Below are positions 25,496 to 36,600 of a DNA stretch of 64,000 bases, in pieces (the stretch's first letter is position 1; every line of letters starts with the position of its first letter). The notes below the pieces were generated by a model. That model was not told where the DNA came from and made no database searches. It saw only the letters and a list, made by a program, of their open reading frames with translations. The stretch comes from Macrostomum hystrix. Its lineage: Eukaryota > Animalia > Platyhelminthes. The stretch covers positions 8,432,001 to 8,496,000 of the forward strand of contig CATNEN010000025.1 of NCBI GenBank assembly GCA_950097015.1. The letters are read 5' to 3'. Position numbers and translations under genes: made by a program.

Positions 25496-26124
25496 AAAAG
25501 TCTAACATGTAAGAGCAGGCACACATAATAAGCCCCTATTAGCAGTTGTCTCTTAAAAGTTAAATGCGAAACTGTTTCTTAGTTAATCCTTTGTTTTCAC
25601 ATTTTTGGACAGTTATTTTGCTACAATAATGATCTTTAGCTGTCTCGTCAATTTACAAAATCTGCTCAAACTATTTTTTAAAAAGAATCTTTTTTTTCTA
25701 TTTTATTGTTCAACTTTTGTTTTTGCTCAATAAATTCTTATTGCGATGCTTTGAAATGACTTTCATTCTGTAGGTAATAAAAAAATGGTTAAACACTAAA
25801 AGCGAGGCCTCAACTTTTCAACTAAAATATAAATTAATTAATAAACCAATAACAATTTGTGGCTCCCTTGTTGAATATGAAACTTCACAACAACTATATA
25901 TTAATCGTGAATTTATAGTCATTTAATTGAAGTAAGCTTTTTATAATGCACAATGTTGTAAAAAATGTTTTCGCTTTCGGCTTAATTATGATATCAGTAG
26001 CTTCTGATTGTTGTGCATTAACATTGTAGTATATTTTTATAATCCTTTATTAACAAAGAATATTATTTACTTATCAAGTGATTGTTCTAAAATTTCCTAT
26101 CAATTCCATTTATCATCATTGTAG

Positions 26125-26226
26125 ATGTGCTCAAACTGCCTCACTAAACTTGAGTCTGCGCAAGACTCAGTCACTCAGAACAGCCACACAGACTGCTCAT
26201 AGTAACTCAACACAACAGGATAAAAG
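26125..26226 (+). CDS. Probable internal coding exon, likely an alternative exon 13 of the FRMD4 gene
   Basis: TGTAG acceptor, AG|GTATGT donor, open frame xCAQTASLNLSLRKTQSLRTATQTAHSNSTQQDKR, phase 2 at both ends, in frame with exon 26835-27141. Confidence 0.55.
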
Positions 26227-26319
26227 GTATGTTGATAAATGATGGCTGATGGTTTTGAATCGTTCATTCCACAAATCTGTGAAATCATAAATTAGTGATT
26301 CCAAGAATAGAATCAATCA

Positions 26320-26710
26320 TGATTCTATTATTATGAGAATCAATGAAATCGTTACTTGTGATTCTTAGAACCAATGAAATCGTTACTTGTGATTCTTAGA
26401 ACCAATGAAATCGTTACTTGTGATTCAAATAATCAATAAAATCGTTACTCTGATTTCAAGTACCAATGAAATCGTTACTTTGTGATTCTAAGAATCGATG
26501 AAATCGTTACTACTGATTCTAAGAATCAATGAAATCGTTACTTGTGATTCTAATAATCAATGAAATCGTTACTTTGTGATTCTAAGAATCAATGAAATCG
26601 TTACTACGGATTCTAAGAATCAATGAAATCGTTACTTGTGATTCTAAGAATCAATGAAATCGTTACTTGTGATTCTAAGAATCAATGAAATCGTTACTTT
26701 GTGATTGTAA
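26320..26710. repeat. Minisatellite, about 31-bp unit AAGAATCAATGAAATCGTTACTTGTGATTCT
   Basis: Direct tandem copies. Confidence 0.9.
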
Positions 26711-26834
26711 TATTTATTCTGATTAAGAGTCTGATTGAAAGAAATAATTGCGATTTTTTTAATTATGTAGTTCAAAAATATTACAAGCTTGTAGATTAAG
26801 TTGTGAATCACGTGATCAATCGATAATTTTGCAG

Positions 26835-27141
26835 GCTATTCCACAAGAAGCCGCCAATCTCTTCTAAAGCTTTCTCCGGGTCGCTTAACCGAAAAAAGCA
26901 GCAGCAGCAGGAGGCCTACGTGTCGCCGGCTGTGTCCAGCGATTTCTCACACGAGATGCTGGCCTGGTACGATCTTCGAAGACAGCGAGTCGCGTCCTGC
27001 ACCTCCTCTGGCTGCTGCTGCTGCTGCTGCTGCTGCTCTACCGACAATCCGTCAGCTGCCTGCTGCGACTCTTCTCTGCTGGCCGCTGCCGCCGCTTGCA
27101 GTGTCTCTGCTGCCGGTGGAAATGTTAACAGCTTCCTGTGA
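26835..27141 (+). CDS. Probable terminal coding exon, likely an alternative last exon of FRMD4
   Basis: TTTTGCAG acceptor. GC-rich exon-like sequence: LFHKKPPISSKAFSGSLNRKKQQQQEAYVSPAVSSDFSHEMLAWYDLRRQR...CCCCCCCC...NSFL*. Confidence 0.6.
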
Positions 27142-27164
27142 GCCGCCGCCACCCTGTTCTGACT

Positions 27165-28096
27165 GTCTGTTTCACTGTATTTGACTCAATGAGTCTGTAT
27201 TTGTCTGTATTTGACTCAATGAGTCTGTATTTGTCTGTATTTGACTCAATGAGTCTGTATTTGTCTGTATTTGACTCAATGAGTCTGAATTTGTCTGTAT
27301 TTGACTCAATGAGTCTGTATTTGTCTGTATTTGACTCAATGAGTCTGTATTTGTCTGTCTGTGACTCAATGAGTCTGTATTTGTCTGTATTTGACTCAAT
27401 GAGTCTGAATTTGTCTGTCTTTGACTCAATGAGTCTGAATTTGTCTGTCTTTGACTCAATGAGTCTGTATTTGTCTGTATTTGACTCAATGTGTCTGTAT
27501 TTGTCTGTATTTGACTCAATGAGTCTGTATTTGTCTGTATTTGACTCAATGAGTCTGTATTTGTCTGTATTTGACTCAATGAGTCTGTATTTGTCTGTAT
27601 TTGACTCAATGAGTCTGTATTTGTCTGTATTTGACTCAATGAGTCTGTATTTGTCGGTTTTTGACTCAATGAGTCTGTATTTGTCTGTATTTGACTCAAT
27701 GAGTCTGTATTTGTCTGTATTTGACTCAATGAGTCTGTATTTGTCTGTATTTGACTCAATGAGTCTGTATTTGTCTGTATTTGACTCAATGAACCAAATG
27801 TGTCTGTATTTGTCTGTCTGTGACTGAATGAGTCTGTCTGTGACTGAATGAGTCTGTCTGTGACTGAATGAGTCTGTCTGTGACTGAATGAGTCTGTCTG
27901 TGACTGAATGAGTCTGTCTGTGACTGAATGAGTCTGTCTGTGACTGAATGAGTCTGTCTGTGACTGAATGAGTCTGTCTGTGACTGAATGAGTCTGTCTG
28001 TGACTGAATGAGTCTGTCTGTGACTGAATGAGTCTGTCTGTGACTGAATGAGTCTGTCTGTGACTGAATGAGTCTGTCTGTGACTGAATGAGTCTG
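27165..28096. repeat. Compound minisatellite: 30-bp TTTGACTCAATGAGTCTGTATTTGTCTGTA (to about 27790), then 20-bp TGACTGAATGAGTCTGTCTG
   Basis: Direct tandem copies. Confidence 0.96.
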
Positions 28097-28504
28097 CAGT
28101 TCCGTCTTTCCAGTGTGTCTGTTTGTTAGTCTTGAATCTGTCTCGTTATATATTTTCCTACCCCATTCTGTCGATCTGTACATTTTGTTTTATTATCTGT
28201 CTAACTGAATTGTGCATAGCTATCTGACAGTTTTATCTTATCTAAGTACAGCTGCTGTTTCTGGCTCAACTTCAATTTCAGCTTCCCTGCTTTTTGGCTA
28301 GCTAAATTTTTTTCAATACTTGTAAATCAAATCAATATGTGTACTGCTAGTCACTTTTGTAATCCGCGCAATATTAATTTTTGCAAATTCTATATACTAG
28401 CCCTTATCTAGGAAATATTTATATTAGGTGGGATTAAAATATATTATAATATATAGTTTTATGGGATCAGAAAAATATCTAGAAGGGATAAATGTTTATC
28501 CAGA

Positions 28505-29390
28505 TAGTAGAGATAATCGTGTGGGATCAGGATGTTATTAGTAGGGATAATCGTGTGGGATCAGGATGTTATTAGTAAGGATTATCGTGTGGGATCAGGA
28601 TGTAATTAGTAGGGATAATCGTGTGGGATCAGGATGTTATTAGTAGGGATAATCGTGTGGGATCAGGATGTTATTAGTAGGGATAATCGTGTGGGATCAG
28701 GATGTTATTAGTAAGGATTATCGTGTGGGATCAGGATGTTACTAGTAGGGATAATCGTGTGGGATCAGGATGTAATTAGTAGGGATAATCGTGTGGGATC
28801 AGGATGTTATTAGTAGGGATAATCGTGTGGGATCAGGATGTTATTAGTAGGGATAATCGTGTGGGATCAGGATGTTATTAGTAGGGATAATCGTGTGGGA
28901 TCAGGATGTTATTAGTAGGGATAATCGTGTGGGATCAGGATGTTATTAGTAGGGATAATCGTGTGGGATCAGGATGTTACTAGTAGGGATAATCGTGTGG
29001 GATCAGGATGTTACTAGTAGGGATAATCGTGTGGGATCAGGATGTTACTAGTAGGGATAATCGTGTGGGATCAGGTTGTTACTAGTAGGGATAATCGTGT
29101 GGGATCAGGATGTTACTAGTAGGGATAATCGTGTGGGATCAGGATGTTACTAGTAGGGATAATCGTGTGGGATCAGGATGTTACTAGTAGGGATAATCGT
29201 GTGGGATCAGGATGTTACTAGTAGGGATAATCGTGTGGGATCAGGATGTTACTAGTAGGGATAATCGTGTGGGATCAGGATGTTACTAGTAGGGATAATC
29301 GTGTGGGATCAGGATGTTACTAGTAGGGATAATCGTGTGGGATCAGGATGTTACTAGTAGGGATAATCGTGTGGGATCAGGATGTTATTA
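28505..29390. repeat. Minisatellite, 34-bp unit AGGGATAATCGTGTGGGATCAGGATGTTA(T/C)TAGT
   Basis: Direct tandem copies. The T/C variant is polarised along the array. Confidence 0.96.
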
Positions 29391-29894
29391 GTTGGTAGAG
29401 ATGGCATCAGAGAAGTATGAAATTAATCCATTTTAATGGATTGGTAATTCGCTTTTTCAATCTAAGTCAGCAAAAGCCATTACCTGCTTCTCAATTTTAG
29501 CATTTTTCACATTTCCAGGTGCAGCTTTTGCTTCTAGAAAAATTTGTTTTGCTTTCAACTGCTTTGTTCAGTTTTAGTCACTACTCACTACTTTTAGTCA
29601 CTAATTAGCAGTAGATCAGTTAGTGCAATATCTGATTATGATTGTTACAATCGTGCTATATTTTTGCAATCAGTTTTGTTTCTGTAATATTTTTAGACAT
29701 GCCAAACTCATTAAGTAAATTCTTTTATCAACCGCCATTATTTAGATTATTCTAAAAAACTTCTTCATTCATTGTGCGGGTTATGTAATTCAGTTTTGCT
29801 TTTCAATTGGAAATAGAATCATCTAATTTTATAACAATATTACCCGTTTCATGCATTAATAATCGCTAAAATTGTTAAATTTAAATTTCGGTAA

Positions 29895-30146
29895 TGACTA
29901 TTACAGTTGATTACACCTGCCCCAATTGGGCCAGTTGTGCAGCCGACAGCACAGCCGCAGCTATTGCGCCGCGCATCTGAAGTCTGCGTACGGCTGTTCA
30001 GTCCATGGACTGGGGGGGACGCCACACCCACCCTCAATTACTCCAGCTAATGCAATTGTCTTGCTAAAGTACACAATTTGTTCCAGTGGAGTCGGGAATC
30101 GAACCCCGACCTTCAAGTCGTAAGTACGACGCTCTGACCACAACTA
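29895..30146 (-). mobile_element. SINE family A copy
   Basis: Reverse complement reads GTTGTGGTCAGAGCGTCGTACTTACGACTTGAAGGTCGGGGTTCGATTCCCGACTCCACTGGAAC...CAGTCCATGGACTGAAC...CAGATGCGCGGCGCAATAGCTGCGGCTGTGCTGTCGGCTGCAC. Confidence 0.85.
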
Positions 30147-30632
30147 TATTTTGTTAAATTATTTAAAAAAAGAGAAACCGATTCCGATAAGTGGAAAACT
30201 GTCCAGAAGACCGTTCGTTCGATTTCTAAGAAACAGCCAAAGAAGGTGTGTCATATTCTATTGTAAAAGTCAGTAAAACTACTAGTACTGGCTACCCACG
30301 AATGAGCTGTTTATTTACACGCATTTAAACAAAACACTTCATAGATTTGTTATAATCTAGTGTAATACGCATTTTCCGGGTTTATTGCATAAATTTCAAA
30401 GACTGTGTGCGCATTGTCCGTGATATGATTTAGCTCAAACATTTGATTCTATGGTGCATCAAGTGCGGCTAGAAATATCTAAGTTTGTGAAATAACAACA
30501 ATAACAATAATGTTAGCTCGTAGGAGTGTTTCACTGTGACTTCACTCCTATGGTGTCGGATACTAAACTACTAAAATACAAAACACTGCCACTGTCTCTA
30601 ACATTATTCTACTATTAGTAGTACGTGCACTC

Positions 30633-33600
30633 TCACTGCAATGTGGCAACTTCTGCCGAAGCTGCCATCGAGTTTCCAAAGCTGGCGTTAGATAGCTCAG
30701 TAAGCTCACGTGCCTGCTCGCTGCAGTCCACACTCTGGCTCGGGCTGTGATTGGCTGAGCCGATCGCATCGCTGCTCAGATCCTGATTGGCTGGGAGCTG
30801 CTGCTGTCGGGCCAGACCTCGCCTATGCTTGGCACGGGCATTCTGGAACCAGACCTGCAGCACCCGCTTGCTGAGGCCGGTGCGGAGGGCGAGTTGGCGC
30901 AGCTCTCTCGAGTCCGGATTGTGATTCAGAATAAAGTGGGCCTTCATGGCGCGCAACTGCTGGTGCTTGAAGCTAGTGCGGACTCGCTTCTGCTGCCTCT
31001 GCTGCTGCTGTTGCTGCTGTGTCTCGGAAATCTCAATCGGCGTATCGGGCAACGGGCTGGCGCAACTGACGTCTGGTGATTCAGACAAAATGAATTGCAT
31101 GTGTGCTTTATCGGTAAGGAAAAGAGGGAATCCCGCTCGTGTTGCTAAAAATAGCAATAAATCGATAAGGCTTCGTGACCAATCGAATTCAACTGAGTTG
31201 GAATGCATTTGATGCATTGGAACTACTCGTGACCTAATGGTCCAGATGTAGATAGCAACCAAAAGCTTTGTAGCACTGTTCAGTCCATTTTTTGAGGAGT
31301 CCCTGCATCGACATGAATTCTTAAGTTCTTAGAACCACTAATATTCTACCACAATTTTACGATATTCGCCATTTTTCCTTCTTATAAATCATAAATTCAT
31401 GACTTCTTGGATTCTTAGAAATCACTGATTCATGACTTCTTAGATTCTTAGAAATCACAGATTCATGACTTCTCAGATTCTTAGAAATCACTGATTCATG
31501 ACTTCTTAGATTCTTAGAAATCACAGATTCATGACTTCTTAGATTCTTAGAAATCACAGATTCATGACTTCTCAGATTCTTAGAAATCATTGATTCATTC
31601 CCGCTTAGATTCTTAGAAATCACTGATTCATGACTTCTCAGATTCTTAGAAATCACTGATTCATGGCTGCTTAGATTCTTAGAAATCACTGATTCATGGC
31701 TGCTTAGATTCTTAGAAATCACTGATTCATGGCTGCTTAGATTCTTAGAAATCACTGATTCATGGCTGCTTAGATTCTTAGAAATCACTGATTCATTCCC
31801 GCTTAGATTCTTAGAAATCACTGATTCATTCCCGCTTAGATTCTTAGAAATCACTGATTCATGGCTGCTTAGATTCTTAGAAATCACTGATTCATTCCCG
31901 CTTAGATTCTTAGAAATCACTGATTCATGGCTGCTTAGATTCTTAGAAATCACTGATTCATTCCCGCTTAGATTCTCAGAATCATAATTTCATAGAGTTT
32001 TCGATATATTTTTTAGGGTTTAATAGATTCTTAAAATATAATTAAGCTACCTATATGGTGTAGAATATTAATCTCAGACAGCCCCTGCTTTTACAGCTCT
32101 GTCTTACACAGACAAGTGGCTACACCAGGTATTGTCTGTCAGTGTCTGGTGTGTCATGAACACATATACACACATCTGATAGGAGAGTAAGAAAAGTCTT
32201 CCAGTATTCCTGTTCTCTTATCGCACCGGTAAGCACGATATTGTTTCTGGTGGAAAGGATTTGAAAAAAAGACACAAGTTTAGCGTGCTCTGCAATGCTC
32301 TCTATATTGTTACTCTAAGCAGCAACACTTCAAATGTTGCCTGTCAGTCAAGGTGTGAAGATTGAATTACAATAGTAGTTGTGTTTGACAATGGCTATAA
32401 CAAACCATCTGCGCACAATCAGACGCGAAATCTAACAGCTCTTTGCTCATAGATGGAAATATTGGTAGGTGATGAGAAGAATGGATTTGTGGATTGAAAG
32501 ATGGATGCTTAATAATAATAATAATAATAATAATAATTGCAGGAGGGCTGCGGGCAATGACACATCATTTAGTGACACTAGATCCGCAGCCAGCGAGGAG
32601 GCAATTCTGCTCATTTCGCTGACTCCTGAGCACACACGCACACAGCTACGCAGGCACACACTCACGCTCGTGTGTACATCTGCCCTGACTTTCTCATCGT
32701 TAGGCAGTGTACACTTCACTGTGCCTCGGAGGTTGGCCCTCAAGGGCGTAAATTGCACGACAAGCCCCCAAAGCCTTCTCTCCGCGACTACGCCTCAAAT
32801 GAATGTGGCCTCGCCGCGGAATCGAGCTCAGGGACCTCGGTGCGAGAGGCAAACGCGTTAACCGCTCTGCCACTCACCCCTGGATTGATGGATGGATGGA
32901 TGGATGGATGGATGGATGGATGGATTGATGGATGGATGGATGGATGGATGGATGGATTGATGGATGGATGGATGGATGGATGGATGGATGGATGGATGGA
33001 TGGATGGATTGATGGATGGATGGATGGATGGATGGATTGATGGATGGATGGATGGATGGATGGATGGATGGATTGATGGATGGATGGATGGATGGATGGA
33101 TGGATGGATTGATGGATGGATGGATGGATGGATGGATGGATTGATGGATGGATGGATGGATGTATGACAGTCTCGCATGCAAAGCCACCAGTTGGAAGCG
33201 CCGAACAGGCAAGCTGTGGCCAAGCTGTCACCCCACTGAGCTCAAGTGCAGGGGTTGAGAAGCGATCGACTCCCCGCTGTGAGCTCTGATGCTCAAGTGG
33301 CGCAGGCCGATGTCTGTTCTCTGTCGAATCGCCTGCGGCCACGGAGAGACCCTGAGACAAGAGACGCAACTACCAAAGCGACGCTGAGAGAGAGAGAGAG
33401 ATAGATCATTGCTCACCTGCTCACCAACTCAAACAGCTGGGTTGGCCTGTTTAACACACTTCACACTATCAACAGCTTAAGAGAGCGAAATGCGTTGAAT
33501 AAATAAAAAAACTGCGACAATCGGTTTTTCATCCAATGATCATCCAATCTACAATAGTAGAGTCCACTTATTCCGACCCACTTGTTCTCAGTATAATGCA

Positions 33601-36600
33601 TCACTAACTATTGAAGAGTTCAGTCCAACTGCGAAATATTTAGCTAAGTTGTTGAGTTCTTATCAACACCATACCATTAACACTTCCACTTAGAGACAAC
33701 CTGGCTATGCCTAGCATTTATTCTCAGCGTCTCTCTCACCTGTCTCAAAGGCGGGCTTTACTTCTTGTGACGAATTTTCCGCCATTATATTATCTGCCTG
33801 CTGCTTTGAATTTTCTCGCTTAATTTTCTGCGGCCGCCGCTGCTGCTGCTGCCGCTGCTGCTGCCGCTGCTGCTGCTTGTCGGTGTCCGAGGGATGTTGG
33901 TGAAGGTAACAGAGGATTTCTCTGTCCATCAGGGAGATTTTATCGCCTGGCCGGAGTTGCCGACCGCAACGAGTACAGGCGAAGCAGCCCGGATGGTACA
34001 CATGCTGGCGGGCCCGCATCACCAGCTGGCCCGGTTCCAGTCGGAGACCGCAGGCGTAGCAGCAGCGGCTGCTGTTTCTTTCGGACTTCCCAAACAGGCT
34101 GCAAGATTTTTTTATTTCGATTCTAATTTCTAAATGAGTAAGAGTGGGAAAATAAAATAATAAAAAAATGTCTCTCATTAATTCTCACCTGAAATAGTCG
34201 CGCCCGCAGAACAGCCCGCCTTCGCGGCAGTAGCACACGCCGGCTGCCTCCAACGGCAGATTGCAGTGGCTGCAGACCAGACAGTCCGGGTGGAAGCTGC
34301 GGCCTTCCACCTGTAGCAGGTACGCACCGGCTATGACCTTCTGGCAGGCGGCACACCTCACCAGCAACTCGCTGTCCTGCTGGATCTGGATGCGGCGGAA
34401 GTCCTATAACTCAGCTATGCTTTACAAGACAAATCGCTGTTTATCAGATTGTGAAATTCTGTTGACAAACGTCAAGGGTTCGAATCTGCAAGCCCTACCT
34501 ATCTAAAAATATTCTACGACCTGTCTTTCAGCCTCCCCTACCCGTCTTTCAGCCTTCCCTACCTGTCTTTCAGCCTTCCCTACCTATCTTTCAGCCTTCC
34601 CTACCTGTCTTTCAGCCTTCCCTACCTGTCCTTCAGCCTTCCCTACCTGTTTTTCAGCCTCCCCTACCTGTCTTTCAGCCTTCCCTACCTGTCTTTCAGC
34701 CTTCCCTTCTCCTGTCTTTCAGCCTTCCCTACCTGTCTTTCAGCCTTCCCTACCTGTCTTTCAGCCTTCCCTACCTGTCTTTCAGCCTTCCCTACCTGTC
34801 TTTCAGCCTTCCCTTCTCCTGTCTTTCAGCCTCCCCTACCTGTCTTTCAGCCTTCCCTACCTGTCTTTCAGCCTTCCCTACCTGTCTTTCAGCCTTCCCT
34901 ACCTGTCTTTCAGCCTTCCCTTCTCCTGTCTTTCAGCCTTCCCTACCTGTCTTTCAGCCTTCCCTACCTGTCTTTCAGCCTCCCCTACCTGTCTTTCAGC
35001 CTTCCCTACCTGTCTTTCAGCCTTCCCTACCTGTCTTTCAGCCTCCCCTACCTGTCTTTCAGCCTTCCCTACCTGTCTTTCAGCCTTCCCTACCTGTCTT
35101 TCAGCCTTCCCTACCTGTCCTGCTGCCTTCCCTTCTCCTGTCTTTCAGCCTTCCCTACCTGTCTTTCAGCCTTCCCTACCTGTCCTTCAGCCTTCCCTAC
35201 CTGTCTTTCAGCCTTCCCTACCTGTCCTTCAGCCTTCCCTACCTGTCTTTCAGCCTCCCCTACCTGTCTTTCAGCCTTCCCTACCTGTCTTTCAGCCTTC
35301 CCTACCTGTCTTTCAGCCTTCCCTACCTGTCCTTCAGCCTTCCCTACCTGTCTTTCAGCCTCCCCTACCTGTCTTTCAGCCTTTTCTACCTGTCCTTCAA
35401 CCTTCTCTACCTGTCCTTCAGCCTTTTCTACCTGTCCTTCAGCCTTTTCTACCTGTCTTTCAGCCTTCCCTACCTGTCCTTCAGCCTTCCCTACCTGTCT
35501 TTCAGCCTTCCCTACCTGTCTTTCAGCCTTCCCTACCTGTCTTTCAGCCTCCCCTACCTGTCTTTCAGCCTTCCCTACCTGTCTTTCAGCCTTCCCTACC
35601 TGTCTTTCAGCCTTCCCTACCTGTCTTTCAGCCTCCCCTACCTGTCTTTCAGCCTTCCCTACCTGTCTTTCAGCCTTCCCTACCTGTCCTGCTGCCTTCC
35701 CTTCTCCTGTCTTTCAGCCTTCCCTACCTGTCTTTCAGCCTTCCCTACCTGTCCTTCAGCCTCCCCTACCTGTCTTTCAGCCTTTTCTACCTGTCCTTCA
35801 ACCTTCTCTACCTGTCCTTCAGCCTTTTCTACCTGTCCTTCAGCCTTTTCTACCTGTCTTTCAGCCTTCCCTACCTGTCCTTCAGCCTTCCCTACCTGTC
35901 TTTCAGCCTTCCCTACCCGTCTTTCAGCCTCCCCTACCTGTCTTACAGCCTTCCCTACCTGTCCCTCAGCCTTCCCTACCTGTCTTTCAGCCTTCCCTAC
36001 CCGTCTTTCAGCCTCCCCTACCTGTCTTTTTGAAAGAATATAAATGCAACTGGAAAAATATATAATACATATACATATACATATACATCAATATACTGTC
36101 TATAATTTTCAATCACAAAAATTCTATACTTTTAGCAGTTTAATGGGGCCTGACTTCGCTGCCGAAAAAAATTATTGGTAATTTTTTTATAATGAAGATC
36201 GTGCCTCTGTGTCTACTAAAAGACAATCTCAGATCTTTTCAGCCTTCTTAAAATCGCTTTTTTTAATGAAGTTAAAGGAAGCAAACCAATTCAATTCGTA
36301 ATCAAAGTTTGGAAATCTGAAGTGAGGAAAAAGCTACGAACTCATGAACATTGCTCTCGTTAATTCTCACTCCTATAAGCAGTTGACTCAACAGTCAATC
36401 TTGCAGGCTTCGGTTACAAAACTCGCTCATTAAAAACAGGACCCATCATTGATCAATACGAGCTAGAACTGAGAACAGCTCTAAAAGAACTCGACTCAAA
36501 CATTTGAGCAACACATGTCACTATGAACTCTCATTTATCATCGGGGGTATGCTTTTATTGTGTGTTTCGGTCACAATTTGTTAGCGAATCTGCAATATTT

